A DNA stretch of 64,000 nt, taken from positions 10,805-74,804 of the forward strand of contig CALBMH010000001.1 of assembly GCA_937896365.1 (NCBI GenBank), given 5' to 3'. Shown here piece after piece: positions 23,618-32,878 of this stretch. The position numbers were made by a program, and so were the translations under genes. The notes under the pieces were generated by a model that saw only the letters and a program-made list of their open reading frames with translations, was not told the origin of the DNA and made no database searches. Source of the DNA: an uncultured Alphaproteobacteria bacterium (GTDB taxonomy: Bacteria > Pseudomonadota > Alphaproteobacteria > Paracaedibacterales > JAKBAR01). Every line of letters begins with the position of its first letter. Within the stretch, counting starts at the first letter, position 1.

Positions 23618-24090
23618 GCTTCTTCACCCTGAACAGCAGCTTCTTCTTTCGATTGCGCCACGTTGACCTTGATCATCACATGCACTTCTGGGTGAAGAAC
23701 GATACGCGCCTGATGAATACCAAGAGTTTTAATGGGGTATGGAAGCTCAACTTGAGCACGTGCCACAGACACTTTTTGCTCAGCCAAGGCATCCATAATG
23801 TCTTTAGGACGTACAGAACCATAAAGATGCCCCATCTCACTGGCTTGGCGAATAAGCATCACCATCACGCCCGTAAGAGACTGTGAAGCATGTTGCGCCT
23901 CATCACGACGCTTGAGGCTTTGAGCTTCAAGATGTGCTTTTTGTTTTTCAAAATACGTCAGATTTTCTCTTGTAGCACGAAGGGCTTTTTTCGCAGGCAA
24001 GAGAAAGTTACGCGCATAACCGGGCTTCACAGTCACAAGCTGCCCCATCTGCCCTAATTTTTCAACACGTTCTAACAAAATGACTTGCAT
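23614..24090 (-). CDS. rplI: 50S ribosomal protein L9
   Basis: The N-terminus is MQVILLERVEKLGQMGQLVTVKPGYARNFLLP. It is the last gene of the rpsF-rpsR-rplI run. Confidence 0.93.
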   Translation of the reverse strand: MQVILLERVEKLGQMGQLVTVKPGYARNFLLPAKKALRATRENLTYFEKQKAHLEAQSLKRRDEAQHASQSLTGVMVMLIRQASEMGHLYGSVRPKDIMDALAEQKVSVARAQVELPYPIKTLGIHQARIVLHPEVHVMIKVNVAQSKEEAAVQGEEA

Positions 24091-24100
24091 AGTGAACTCC

Positions 24101-24391
24101 TTATTTACTGACGTAAGGCATCAAAGCCAGAAAACGCGCGCGCTTGATAGCTTGGGACAACTCACGTTGTTTTTTGGTAGAAACAGAGCTAATACGGCTC
24201 GGAATCACTTTGCCACGCTCCGACACATAACGTGTTAAAAGACGGACATCCTTGTAGTCAATTTTTAAAGCGTTTTTTCCACTAAAAGGGCAGCTCTTCT
24301 TACGTTTAAAAAACTGGCGTTTCACTAATTGAGCAACGCGCGCCTGATTCTCGTCTGTAGGGCGGGAAGTAGATTCTTTTTGGTATCTCAC
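24101..24391 (-). CDS. rpsR: 30S ribosomal protein S18
   Basis: The stretch [60 protein letters not shown] is S18-typical. Confidence 0.93.
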   Translation of the reverse strand: MRYQKESTSRPTDENQARVAQLVKRQFFKRKKSCPFSGKNALKIDYKDVRLLTRYVSERGKVIPSRISSVSTKKQRELSQAIKRARFLALMPYVSK

Positions 24392-24394
24392 AGC

Positions 24395-24820
24395 TTATTC
24401 TCCTTGAGTAGTTGTTGGCGACGCTTGAGCACCCGCTTCAGTAAATCCGGGAACAACATCCTCTTCATAGGATGAACGGGCCTTCTCATCTCGGAAATTT
24501 CGCTGCTGCATCAATGCCGACGGATTATCATCGAGCGCTTCCACACGCACTGTCAAATAACGTAAAATATCTTCGGAAAGCTTCATTTGGCGCTCGACTT
24601 CGGCCACTGTTTCAGACTTAGCTGTGACGTTCATCAGAACGTAGTGCCCTTTTTTATTTTTCTTAACGGGATACGCGAGATTACGCAAACCGCAAAACTC
24701 AATTTTTCCCACTTGGCCACCCTCATTCTTAATCAATGATGTATAATGTTTGGCCATGTTCTCAACCTGCGCAGATGTTACATCCTGACGCGCAATGAAA
24801 ACGCATTCATAAAATCGCAT
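24395..24820 (-). CDS. rpsF: 30S ribosomal protein S6
   Basis: The N-terminus from Met10 of the ORF is MRFYECVFIARQDV.., with an RBS-like AAAGGAA upstream. It has an acidic C-terminal tail. Confidence 0.9.
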   Translation of the reverse strand: MRFYECVFIARQDVTSAQVENMAKHYTSLIKNEGGQVGKIEFCGLRNLAYPVKKNKKGHYVLMNVTAKSETVAEVERQMKLSEDILRYLTVRVEALDDNPSALMQQRNFRDEKARSSYEEDVVPGFTEAGAQASPTTTQGE

Positions 24821-24987
24821 AAATGATTCCTTTCGGTTGTTTATCAAGGTTAAACCCCGGACTACAGCCCCTTTGGTAGGAGCAAGGAGAATCGGTTAAA
24901 ACAGGTCAGATTTTAGGGAATTTCCTATGAAAAAGCAAGGATTTTTGAAACAGAAAAGGAACCTATATGCGAACAACACAGAACGAG

Positions 24988-25023
24988 GGACAACGAAGCA
25001 GCAGATAAGCCGCTTCGTTGTCC
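24988..25023 (-). terminator. hairpin downstream of groEL, probable terminator
   Basis: A 12-bp perfect stem pairs GGACAACGAAGC (24988-24999) with GCTTCGTTGTCC (25012-25023). It begins 39 nt after the groEL stop on the minus strand. The trailing sequence is only weakly T-rich. Confidence 0.5.
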
Positions 25024-25061
25024 AGTCTTGAGAATCGTATTTGAGGAATCGTGAGGATAAC

Positions 25062-26720
<1,659 letters not shown>

Positions 26721-26752
26721 TCATGTTTGTTCTATCGATGATTTCTAAAATG

Positions 26753-27052
26753 TTAGTGAGCCAAAATGCCCATGATATCGGACTCTTTCATGACGATATA
26801 GTCTTGGCCATCGATCTTAATTTCTGTGCCAGACCACTTGCCGAAAAGGACACGATCACCCGGTTTGACATCCAGGACATGCAAAGAACCATTGTCCCCT
26901 CGTGTCCCCGATCCAACAGCAAGAATCTCGCCTTCTTGAGGCTTTTCTTTCGCCGTATCGGGAATAATGATACCGGACTTTGTTTTTTCTTCGGATTCAA
27001 TGCGCTTGACAAGCACGCGGTCATGAAGTGGCTTGAATTTAATTGTCATCAT
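26753..27052 (-). CDS. groS: co-chaperonin GroES
   Basis: The stretch [38 protein letters not shown] is GroES-typical. The product is about 98 aa. Confidence 0.96.
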   Translation of the reverse strand: MMTIKFKPLHDRVLVKRIESEEKTKSGIIIPDTAKEKPQEGEILAVGSGTRGDNGSLHVLDVKPGDRVLFGKWSGTEIKIDGQDYIVMKESDIMGILAH

Positions 27053-27070
27053 ACACTCCTCTATTAGTTG

Positions 27071-27097
27071 TTAGCACTCATTATATCTGAGTGCTAA
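27071..27097. promoter_or_regulatory. CIRCE operator (HrcA binding site) upstream of groES
   Basis: It is a perfect consensus inverted repeat, TTAGCACTC-N9-GAGTGCTAA, lying 19 nt upstream of the groES start. Confidence 0.9.
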
Positions 27098-27098
27098 C

Positions 27099-27128
27099 AG
27101 TATTAAATCAGAGAATGATCCTTGTCAA
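27099..27128 (-). promoter_or_regulatory. candidate sigma70-type groESL promoter
   Basis: The minus strand reads TTGACA (27128-27123), an 18-nt spacer, then AATACT (27104-27099). This abuts the CIRCE element directly. Confidence 0.45.
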
Positions 27129-27320
27129 GAGGAAGAGGACAAGAAAAATTTTTCTTCCCACAATCAATTCCCACACCAATCTCCCTAATTGATCTTCGCG
27201 CCACTTCCAATAATCCAACAATCAAGAACGTGTTTATCTCTTGGTGAAAAAGGGGAGAGCTTGACTTTTTCCTCTTTAATAGGGTACAAAAATGTAAATA
27301 GTAATTTTTGGGATCAAGCA

Positions 27321-27488
27321 ATGGCTAAGTCTGCTGTCATTAAGATTAAACTTTTAAGTTCCGCAAATACGGGATATTTTTATGTTACAAAAAAAAATCC
27401 CCGCAAAAAGCCAGAAAAGCTCAAACTCAGCAAGTACGACCCTTTTGTGCGCAAGCATGTTGAATTTGTTGAAACTAAAATTAAATAA
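27321..27488 (+). CDS. rpmG: 50S ribosomal protein L33
   Basis: The 55-aa product is [55 protein letters not shown]. It begins at an internal ATG of ORF 27189-27488. Confidence 0.9.
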   Translation: MAKSAVIKIKLLSSANTGYFYVTKKNPRKKPEKLKLSKYDPFVRKHVEFVETKIK

Positions 27489-27637
27489 AGGCTAGAAGTA
27501 TGGTCCATGCTCGTAGGACACATGCAGTAACCGTAGGTGTAGCGTTGGAGTTTGATGCCGCTCTCACGGTTTTCTTAGGGAACTTTTTGCTGCTGTAAGG
27601 GAGCGAAATTTCTCAAAGCCATGACGACGAGTGCGGC

Positions 27638-28228
27638 GTGTTTTTGAATATGACGGTCTTTCTCCTCTTTTTTTCGTACCTCCTCGGATCTATCCCTTTC
27701 GGGTTTGTTCTGTCAAAATTCCTTTTGGGGGTAGATGTGCGTACTGTTGGCTCAGGCAATGTTGGTGCGACGAATGTTTTACGTACAGGAAATATAAAAA
27801 TTGCTGCAGCAACACTTTTTCTTGATGGGATCAAGGGCGTTATTCCTGTAATACTCGCAATGCATTGGGGGAAATACGATTCTTATTTTCCTTATCTTTG
27901 TGCGCTTAGTGCTGTCATAGGTCACGTTTTTCCTGTATGGCTAAAATTTAAAGGGGGAAAAGGTGTTGCCACAGCCCTCGGTGTCTTACTCCCTCTTCAT
28001 CCCCTTCTGTGTATGGGCGTTTCTGCGACATGGCTCATAGCAGCAAAAAGCTTGAGAATTTCATCACTTTCAGCACTAATTGCCTTCATTCTCGCACCAT
28101 TCTACGCCTTTTTCTTAGCCCATGATCCTTTCCTTGTTTCCTTCAGCACTGTTCTTGCGTGCTTGCTTTTTTATACACATAGGACGAATATCCACCGGCT
28201 TATACGTGGGGAAGAAAAGAGGTTTTAA
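27638..28228 (+). CDS. plsY: glycerol-3-phosphate acyltransferase PlsY
   Basis: PlsY-typical stretches are LLGSIPFG, GSGNVGATNVLRTG and FKGGKGVAT, with a multi-TM profile. Confidence 0.9.
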   Translation: MFLNMTVFLLFFSYLLGSIPFGFVLSKFLLGVDVRTVGSGNVGATNVLRTGNIKIAAATLFLDGIKGVIPVILAMHWGKYDSYFPYLCALSAVIGHVFPVWLKFKGGKGVATALGVLLPLHPLLCMGVSATWLIAAKSLRISSLSALIAFILAPFYAFFLAHDPFLVSFSTVLACLLFYTHRTNIHRLIRGEEKRF

Positions 28229-28232
28229 CGGC

Positions 28233-28793
28233 ATGTTTAAAATAACGGGGGGTGTGTTTCGAGGAACAAAGCTTGACCGCCCTCCTGAATCCCTTACTCG
28301 CCCCACATCTACACGGACGCGAGAGGCTCTGTTTAGTTGCCTCTTTAGCCTCGATTATCAAATGAACGATTTGACTGTCATTGACGGTTTCGCTGGCAGT
28401 GGGATCATAGGCCTTGAGTGTTTATCACGAGGAGCACGCTTTTGCACATTTGTAGAAAATAATCCTATTGTGCAGGAAATCCTTAAAGCCAATATTGCCA
28501 AGTTACAGATGCGTAAACAAACGACGGTCCTTTCAACGTTTAAACAAGTGAAAAAACCTGCTGATTTTATTTTCCTCGATGCCCCTTATTTTCAAAAAGA
28601 AAGAAATGATCCTAGTTATCTTCAAGCGCTCAAAAAACTCAGACCGTACATAAGAATGGAAACGCTTGTTGTCATCGAGACGGATAAAAAAGAAAAACCT
28701 CTTCTTGATTTTTTGGAGTTCCTCTTCGAGAAGAACTACGGCACTGCAAAATTAAGTTTTTACAAACTCTCCACTCTGGAAAAGCAGCTATAG
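28233..28793 (+). CDS. rsmD: 16S rRNA (guanine966-N2)-methyltransferase RsmD-like
   Basis: The stretch ITGGVFRGTKLDRPPESLTRPTSTRTREALFS, the SAM motif DGFAGSGIIGLE, and FLDAPY are present. The start was taken at ATG 28233, because the longer ORF overlaps plsY. Confidence 0.8.
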   Translation: MFKITGGVFRGTKLDRPPESLTRPTSTRTREALFSCLFSLDYQMNDLTVIDGFAGSGIIGLECLSRGARFCTFVENNPIVQEILKANIAKLQMRKQTTVLSTFKQVKKPADFIFLDAPYFQKERNDPSYLQALKKLRPYIRMETLVVIETDKKEKPLLDFLEFLFEKNYGTAKLSFYKLSTLEKQL

Positions 28794-28804
28794 TGGAATA
28801 ACTT

Positions 28805-30796
28805 CTAGCGTTTAGGCGGTCCGTACATATCATCATGCTTGCCAAAAGCACGTTTGAAGAGGTGATTGAGGATGACGTTGAAAGATTCAGCTTTAGGCGC
28901 GTTATTAAAACGCCCTGTATAAAGGAAACGGATAATATGATCGCGTTGATCGAGAGTCAAATCGATAAAATGCAAGCGAGCACTATCAGATGTGCAATGC
29001 ATAATCTTAGCTGGAATTTTTGCTCCATCAATATCCAGATGCACGAAGCTATTTTGAACGTAAGGACAACTTCCTGTAATATGAGCCCCAGAAAGAGACA
29101 TATCTTCAATTTTAATACCCACTTGTTGCCCATCTATACATATCCTTGAAGGATGATAAACAGGAAAACGCTCCTCTTGGCGTCGCCTAGGGTGCTCAAC
29201 ACTCAAAAAAATCATCAGAAGTAAAATAAGGCAATTAAAGACTGACCACGAAGCTGCAATGGGGAAAAATGCATTCGAGGAGTTATTACTGATGCTTGTA
29301 TTGAGGCTAATAAGAATACCTCCAAGAGTAAGCATTAAAAGAATGAAGGAAACCCAGAAGGAATAAGGATGATAAAAACGCTTTTTTGAGTTATTTGCAA
29401 ACCGTCCTTTAGGTGTTACGCCAAATCCCTTTGAATAGGGATCAAAAAGACTATTAATAACAGTTGGAAGAACGTGGATAGCGTTAAGCGTATTACTTGC
29501 TGTATTAATCAATGGAACAAAGTGATAGGGCATAATCCACATTTCATAAGCGAAATTGAAAAGAATTACAGGCAGTTGATAGTTCAAAAGAACACTATAG
29601 TGATCAAGGTAAACAGAAGGAACCCCCGTCCACAGAAAAACGATAGGAATAATATGAGCCATAATGCGTGTAACGGGGCTAAAAAGCCAATAGGTTGGAA
29701 AGAAGATAAAACGATGAATAAAGCTAAGATTAGGACCAAGTGGTCCCATTTTGCTGTAAAAAGCTTGAATCGTTCCGCGGCACCAGCGCTCACGTTGAGT
29801 CATAAGGCTTGCGAGCTCTTCAGGAGCAATGCCTTGACTCAGTTTTTCATTGAGATAGCGTGTGACATACCCATGCCGTAAAAGAGTGAGGGTTGTGAGC
29901 AAATCTTCTGTGATAGACGATGTTGGCACGCCACCGCATTCTTCCAACGCTGTACGCCTTGCAAGGCTTGAAGACCCGCACCAAAAGGCTGCGTCCCAAC
30001 CATCACGCGCTGGCATCATCACATCAAAAAAAAGACGCTGCTCGTCAGGCGTGGTGTTATGAAGATGAAGATTTGCTTGGACAAAGTCCTTATTAAAAAA
30101 ATGTTGAGGTGTTTGAACAATAGCCACTTTTGAATCGGTAAAAAAACCTATGGTACGATAGATAAAGTTGCGATGGGGAATAAAATCCGCATCTAATGTC
30201 ATGACAAATTTCCCATTTGTGAGCATCGATGCATGATTAATATTCCCTGCCTTAGCATGGACGTTGTCAGCTCTACGAATGTAGCCCGCACCTTTTTGCA
30301 TACAAAACTCACGCAGCCAATCACGTTTTCCGTCATCAAGAACCCATATCTTGAGCTTATCCTCTGGCCAATCAAGATGAATCGCCCCTACAATGGAACG
30401 TTCAACCACATCAATACCTTCATTGTATGTAGGAATGAAAACATCCACTGTAGGGAGCATGTGAGGTGGCAGAGCTCTAAGAACTTTTTCATAGCGGTTT
30501 GCTTCTTCACTCCTATCCGTATTCTTGCAAAGCAGAAGATAAAAACTCGATGTCTCAATAAAGATGAAAATCTCATTTATAAAGCAAACCCATATCCAAA
30601 CGCCCTCAAAAGAAGGCATGGGAGCTATCAAGATACTACTGCCTATACGCCAAATAATATAACGGACAAAAAGAACTATCGCAAAAAAAGCAATATACGT
30701 TCTGTGATGCCCGTTATGATGATCAAGGCGAGGAAAAACCAGAGCAATGACAAGAAGAACAAGAAAGGTAAAAAGAAGATTTTCTAATAAATGCAT
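28805..30796 (-). CDS. BcsA-family processive beta-glycosyltransferase (GT2) with C-terminal PilZ domain
   Basis: N-terminal TMs precede FIPTYNEG, VLDDGKR, HAKAGNINHA, LDADFIP, VQTPQHFFNKDF, FWCGSSSLARR, TEDLLTTL and QRERWCRG (QxxRW). More TMs follow. The PilZ motifs are RRRQEER (RxxxR) and DMSLSG (DxSxxG). Confidence 0.85.
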   Translation of the reverse strand: MHLLENLLFTFLVLLVIALVFPRLDHHNGHHRTYIAFFAIVLFVRYIIWRIGSSILIAPMPSFEGVWIWVCFINEIFIFIETSSFYLLLCKNTDRSEEANRYEKVLRALPPHMLPTVDVFIPTYNEGIDVVERSIVGAIHLDWPEDKLKIWVLDDGKRDWLREFCMQKGAGYIRRADNVHAKAGNINHASMLTNGKFVMTLDADFIPHRNFIYRTIGFFTDSKVAIVQTPQHFFNKDFVQANLHLHNTTPDEQRLFFDVMMPARDGWDAAFWCGSSSLARRTALEECGGVPTSSITEDLLTTLTLLRHGYVTRYLNEKLSQGIAPEELASLMTQRERWCRGTIQAFYSKMGPLGPNLSFIHRFIFFPTYWLFSPVTRIMAHIIPIVFLWTGVPSVYLDHYSVLLNYQLPVILFNFAYEMWIMPYHFVPLINTASNTLNAIHVLPTVINSLFDPYSKGFGVTPKGRFANNSKKRFYHPYSFWVSFILLMLTLGGILISLNTSISNNSSNAFFPIAASWSVFNCLILLLMIFLSVEHPRRRQEERFPVYHPSRICIDGQQVGIKIEDMSLSGAHITGSCPYVQNSFVHLDIDGAKIPAKIMHCTSDSARLHFIDLTLDQRDHIIRFLYTGRFNNAPKAESFNVILNHLFKRAFGKHDDMYGPPKR

Positions 30797-30882
30797 AGAT
30801 CAAACCTCCCCTTTATGCCTTGCATTCTTACTCTCCTACACTCTCCTATTCTATCCATTGCACACATTACATTGCCATCTCC

Positions 30883-32106
30883 CTACAGCCTTCCCCTCAT
30901 CCCTTCGAAGGTCACTTCCCCTGTTCGCCCTACATGGCAAAAATCAGCAGCACTTTCATAAAGATCTTCTTTATCAATTTCAATGATCACTTGCATTTCA
31001 TGGGGACGGCGGATAGGGGCCACCCCTGCAACAGATTTCTCTGGTTCAGCAAAGACAGCGCCCCCCCGAATATGCGTAATCATCCCATGAATTGGCTTTG
31101 TTCCCCCCCGTAGTTTGACCTTGACTCTTTCACCGATTTTTATCTTCTCGAAATAACCTTCATGGATTGTCATATCGATAAACACTTTGCTGCAGTCAAT
31201 AACATCAACAACTTTTGTTTTCTCATCAATATGCGTTCCCGGCATGACATAGGACCGCAGAACAACACTAAATTCTGATGCTCGAATATCGCGCTTTTCA
31301 AGCCCATTCAAACGATCTGTCTCTATTTGAATGCGCTCACTGATGACTTGAATCCGCGTTGTGTATTCGTTAATGCGCGAATCAATATCAGCGACCCGTA
31401 TACGTATTTCATCAATGCGCTGGTCTTGATAGGTGACTTCGCTACGTCCGTCTTGGTTAATAAAGATCCCTTTGCGAATAAAATTAAGTTCTACAACCAA
31501 ACGATCAAGCTCCAACTTAGCCTGATCAGCGACTTTCGTTGCACGTTCCGCTGTGAAAAAGGTACTATCCAAACTGGAAACGGAAATCGTACCTTTCTTA
31601 TAGAGTTCCTTTTTTCGATTGAGCAGGCGTGATGCCTCGGTCACAGAGTCGATAAGCTCTTGATGGCGTTTTTCCACCCGCTTAATATCATACTCCAAGC
31701 GCTCTGCTCTTGATGATAAATGACTTTTCTTACTCTCTTCGAGTTCTTCTTTGAGTTTTATAAGATTTGTTTTTTCTTCTTCAAGGCTGTCAATTCGTTC
31801 TTTTAGCGATTCTTTTTCGACATTGAGTTGCCCCACTGTAGAACGGTCAACGGTCGTGTTCACAAACTCAGCAATAATATCCCCTTCATGGAGCTCTGTT
31901 CCAATGGGGGGTGGAGCTTTTGTTACAATGCCATCAATCGGTGTGGTAAGCGTTACAATACGGGCGCTGACAACAGCATTAGAACTATACGTAAAAAACA
32001 AGTAGGGAAGATAGATAGCTGCTACAACACAAAGCAGCCCGATACCAAACGCAAGGCGTAAGATCTGGAACTTTGTAAAGCCAAAGCCTTCGGGAGCTGC
32101 AGACAA
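30883..32106 (-). CDS. HlyD-family periplasmic adaptor (membrane-fusion-like) protein
   Basis: An N-terminal TM (LAFGIGLLCVVAAIYLPYLFF) is followed by a lipoyl-like segment (ARIVTLTTPIDGIVTK..GDIIAEF). A long coiled coil and a beta-barrel-like C-terminus follow. It lies immediately upstream of, and co-oriented with, the GT2-PilZ gene. Confidence 0.75.
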   Translation of the reverse strand: MSAAPEGFGFTKFQILRLAFGIGLLCVVAAIYLPYLFFTYSSNAVVSARIVTLTTPIDGIVTKAPPPIGTELHEGDIIAEFVNTTVDRSTVGQLNVEKESLKERIDSLEEEKTNLIKLKEELEESKKSHLSSRAERLEYDIKRVEKRHQELIDSVTEASRLLNRKKELYKKGTISVSSLDSTFFTAERATKVADQAKLELDRLVVELNFIRKGIFINQDGRSEVTYQDQRIDEIRIRVADIDSRINEYTTRIQVISERIQIETDRLNGLEKRDIRASEFSVVLRSYVMPGTHIDEKTKVVDVIDCSKVFIDMTIHEGYFEKIKIGERVKVKLRGGTKPIHGMITHIRGGAVFAEPEKSVAGVAPIRRPHEMQVIIEIDKEDLYESAADFCHVGRTGEVTFEGMRGRL

Positions 32107-32296
32107 ATCTAGGCCTATTTAAAATACTACTTGCAATTCTAGACACTTAAAACTTACCCAAGTGTTAATTTTTTGCATCACTTAGAGTGTTTTTTATCTT
32201 TTTGAGTAGAAAATAAGGATTTGAGGATTGACCCAGAGTTTTTATGCTGCTTAAGATTGACTTTGTAGTGAAATCATTAACTGAAGGTAAATCCCT

Positions 32297-32572
32297 GTGA
32301 ATAAACAAGAACTTGTTACACACGTTTCTCAAAACTCTGGGCTCACAAAAGCTGATGCGGAACGTGCTCTTGATGCAACGATTGAGGCTGTGACATCTGC
32401 ATTGAAGTCTGGCGATGATGTACGGCTCGTTGGTTTTGGTACATTTACAACCGCGGAACGTCAGAAGTCTGAAGGCCGTAATCCCCGCACAGGTGAAAAA
32501 ATTAATATCCCTGCTACACGTTTGCCAAAATTTCGTGCAGGCAAGCAGCTAAAAGACGCTGTTGCAAAATAA
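32297..32572 (+). CDS. hup: HU-family DNA-binding protein
   Basis: The stretch MNKQELV..GLTKADAERALDA..VRLVGFGTFTTAERQKSEGRNPRTGEKINIPATRLPKFRAGKQLKDAV is HU-typical. The product is 91 aa with a GTG start. Confidence 0.93.
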   Translation: MNKQELVTHVSQNSGLTKADAERALDATIEAVTSALKSGDDVRLVGFGTFTTAERQKSEGRNPRTGEKINIPATRLPKFRAGKQLKDAVAK

Positions 32573-32683
32573 AAAGAAACAAGAGCGCACGCGTAAGGCG
32601 AAAAATCTGAATTATTTTCTTGAAGATTGGGGGAAAAATGGTTAGGAATAGTCTTACGCGCTTAGGATTTGTGAAGCCTAAGA

Positions 32684-32758
32684 GGGTGATTAGCTCAGCG
32701 GTAGAGCATCTCGTTTACACCGAGGCGGTCGGCGGTTCAATCCCGTCATCACCCACCA
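32684..32758 (+). tRNA. tRNA-Val (anticodon TAC)
   Basis: A manual cloverleaf fits. The acceptor pairs GGGTGAT with ATCACCC and the D arm pairs GCTC with GAGC. The anticodon stem-loop is TCTCG-TTTACAC-CGAGG. The T arm is GGCGG-TTCAATC-CCGTC, and the CCA is encoded. Confidence 0.9.
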
Positions 32759-32763
32759 TCCTA

Positions 32764-32865
32764 TTGTTTCTTCTTTCGTTTTTCATTTTATCATCCTGCG
32801 GCAAAAAAGGTGCTCCCGAGCCTTTCGAAGGTATTGATTATCCCACAACGTATCCAAAACGATAG
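32764..32865 (+). CDS. possible mini-lipoprotein (LptM/YifL-like CGxKG motif)
   Basis: The in-frame tail of ORF 32620-32865 after the tRNA reads (TTG)FLLSFFILSSCGKKGAPEPFEGIDYPTTYPKR. It has a hydrophobic leader, the lipobox-like LSSC, and then GKKG. The start codon is uncertain (TTG 32764) and no clear RBS is seen. Confidence 0.3.
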   Translation: MFLLSFFILSSCGKKGAPEPFEGIDYPTTYPKR

Positions 32866-32878
32866 GCAAGCTATCTTT

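Noticed and set aside
27103-27321. 72-aa minus-strand ORF upstream of groES
   Set aside because: It occupies the divergent groES/rpmG promoter region, including the candidate -35 box. It has no motif or start context.
28122-28232. 5' extension of the rsmD ORF
   Set aside because: It lies inside the plsY coding region in another frame. The RsmD-like sequence begins at ATG 28233, just after the plsY stop.
30233-30787. 184-aa plus-strand ORF opposite the GT2-PilZ gene
   Set aside because: It is antisense to a CDS carrying the full BcsA motif set. It is a Lys/Asn-rich shadow ORF.
32620-32865. 81-aa ORF spanning tRNA-Val
   Set aside because: As a whole it reads through a well-folded tRNA gene. 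Only its post-tRNA tail is kept, as a low-confidence mini-lipoprotein candidate.
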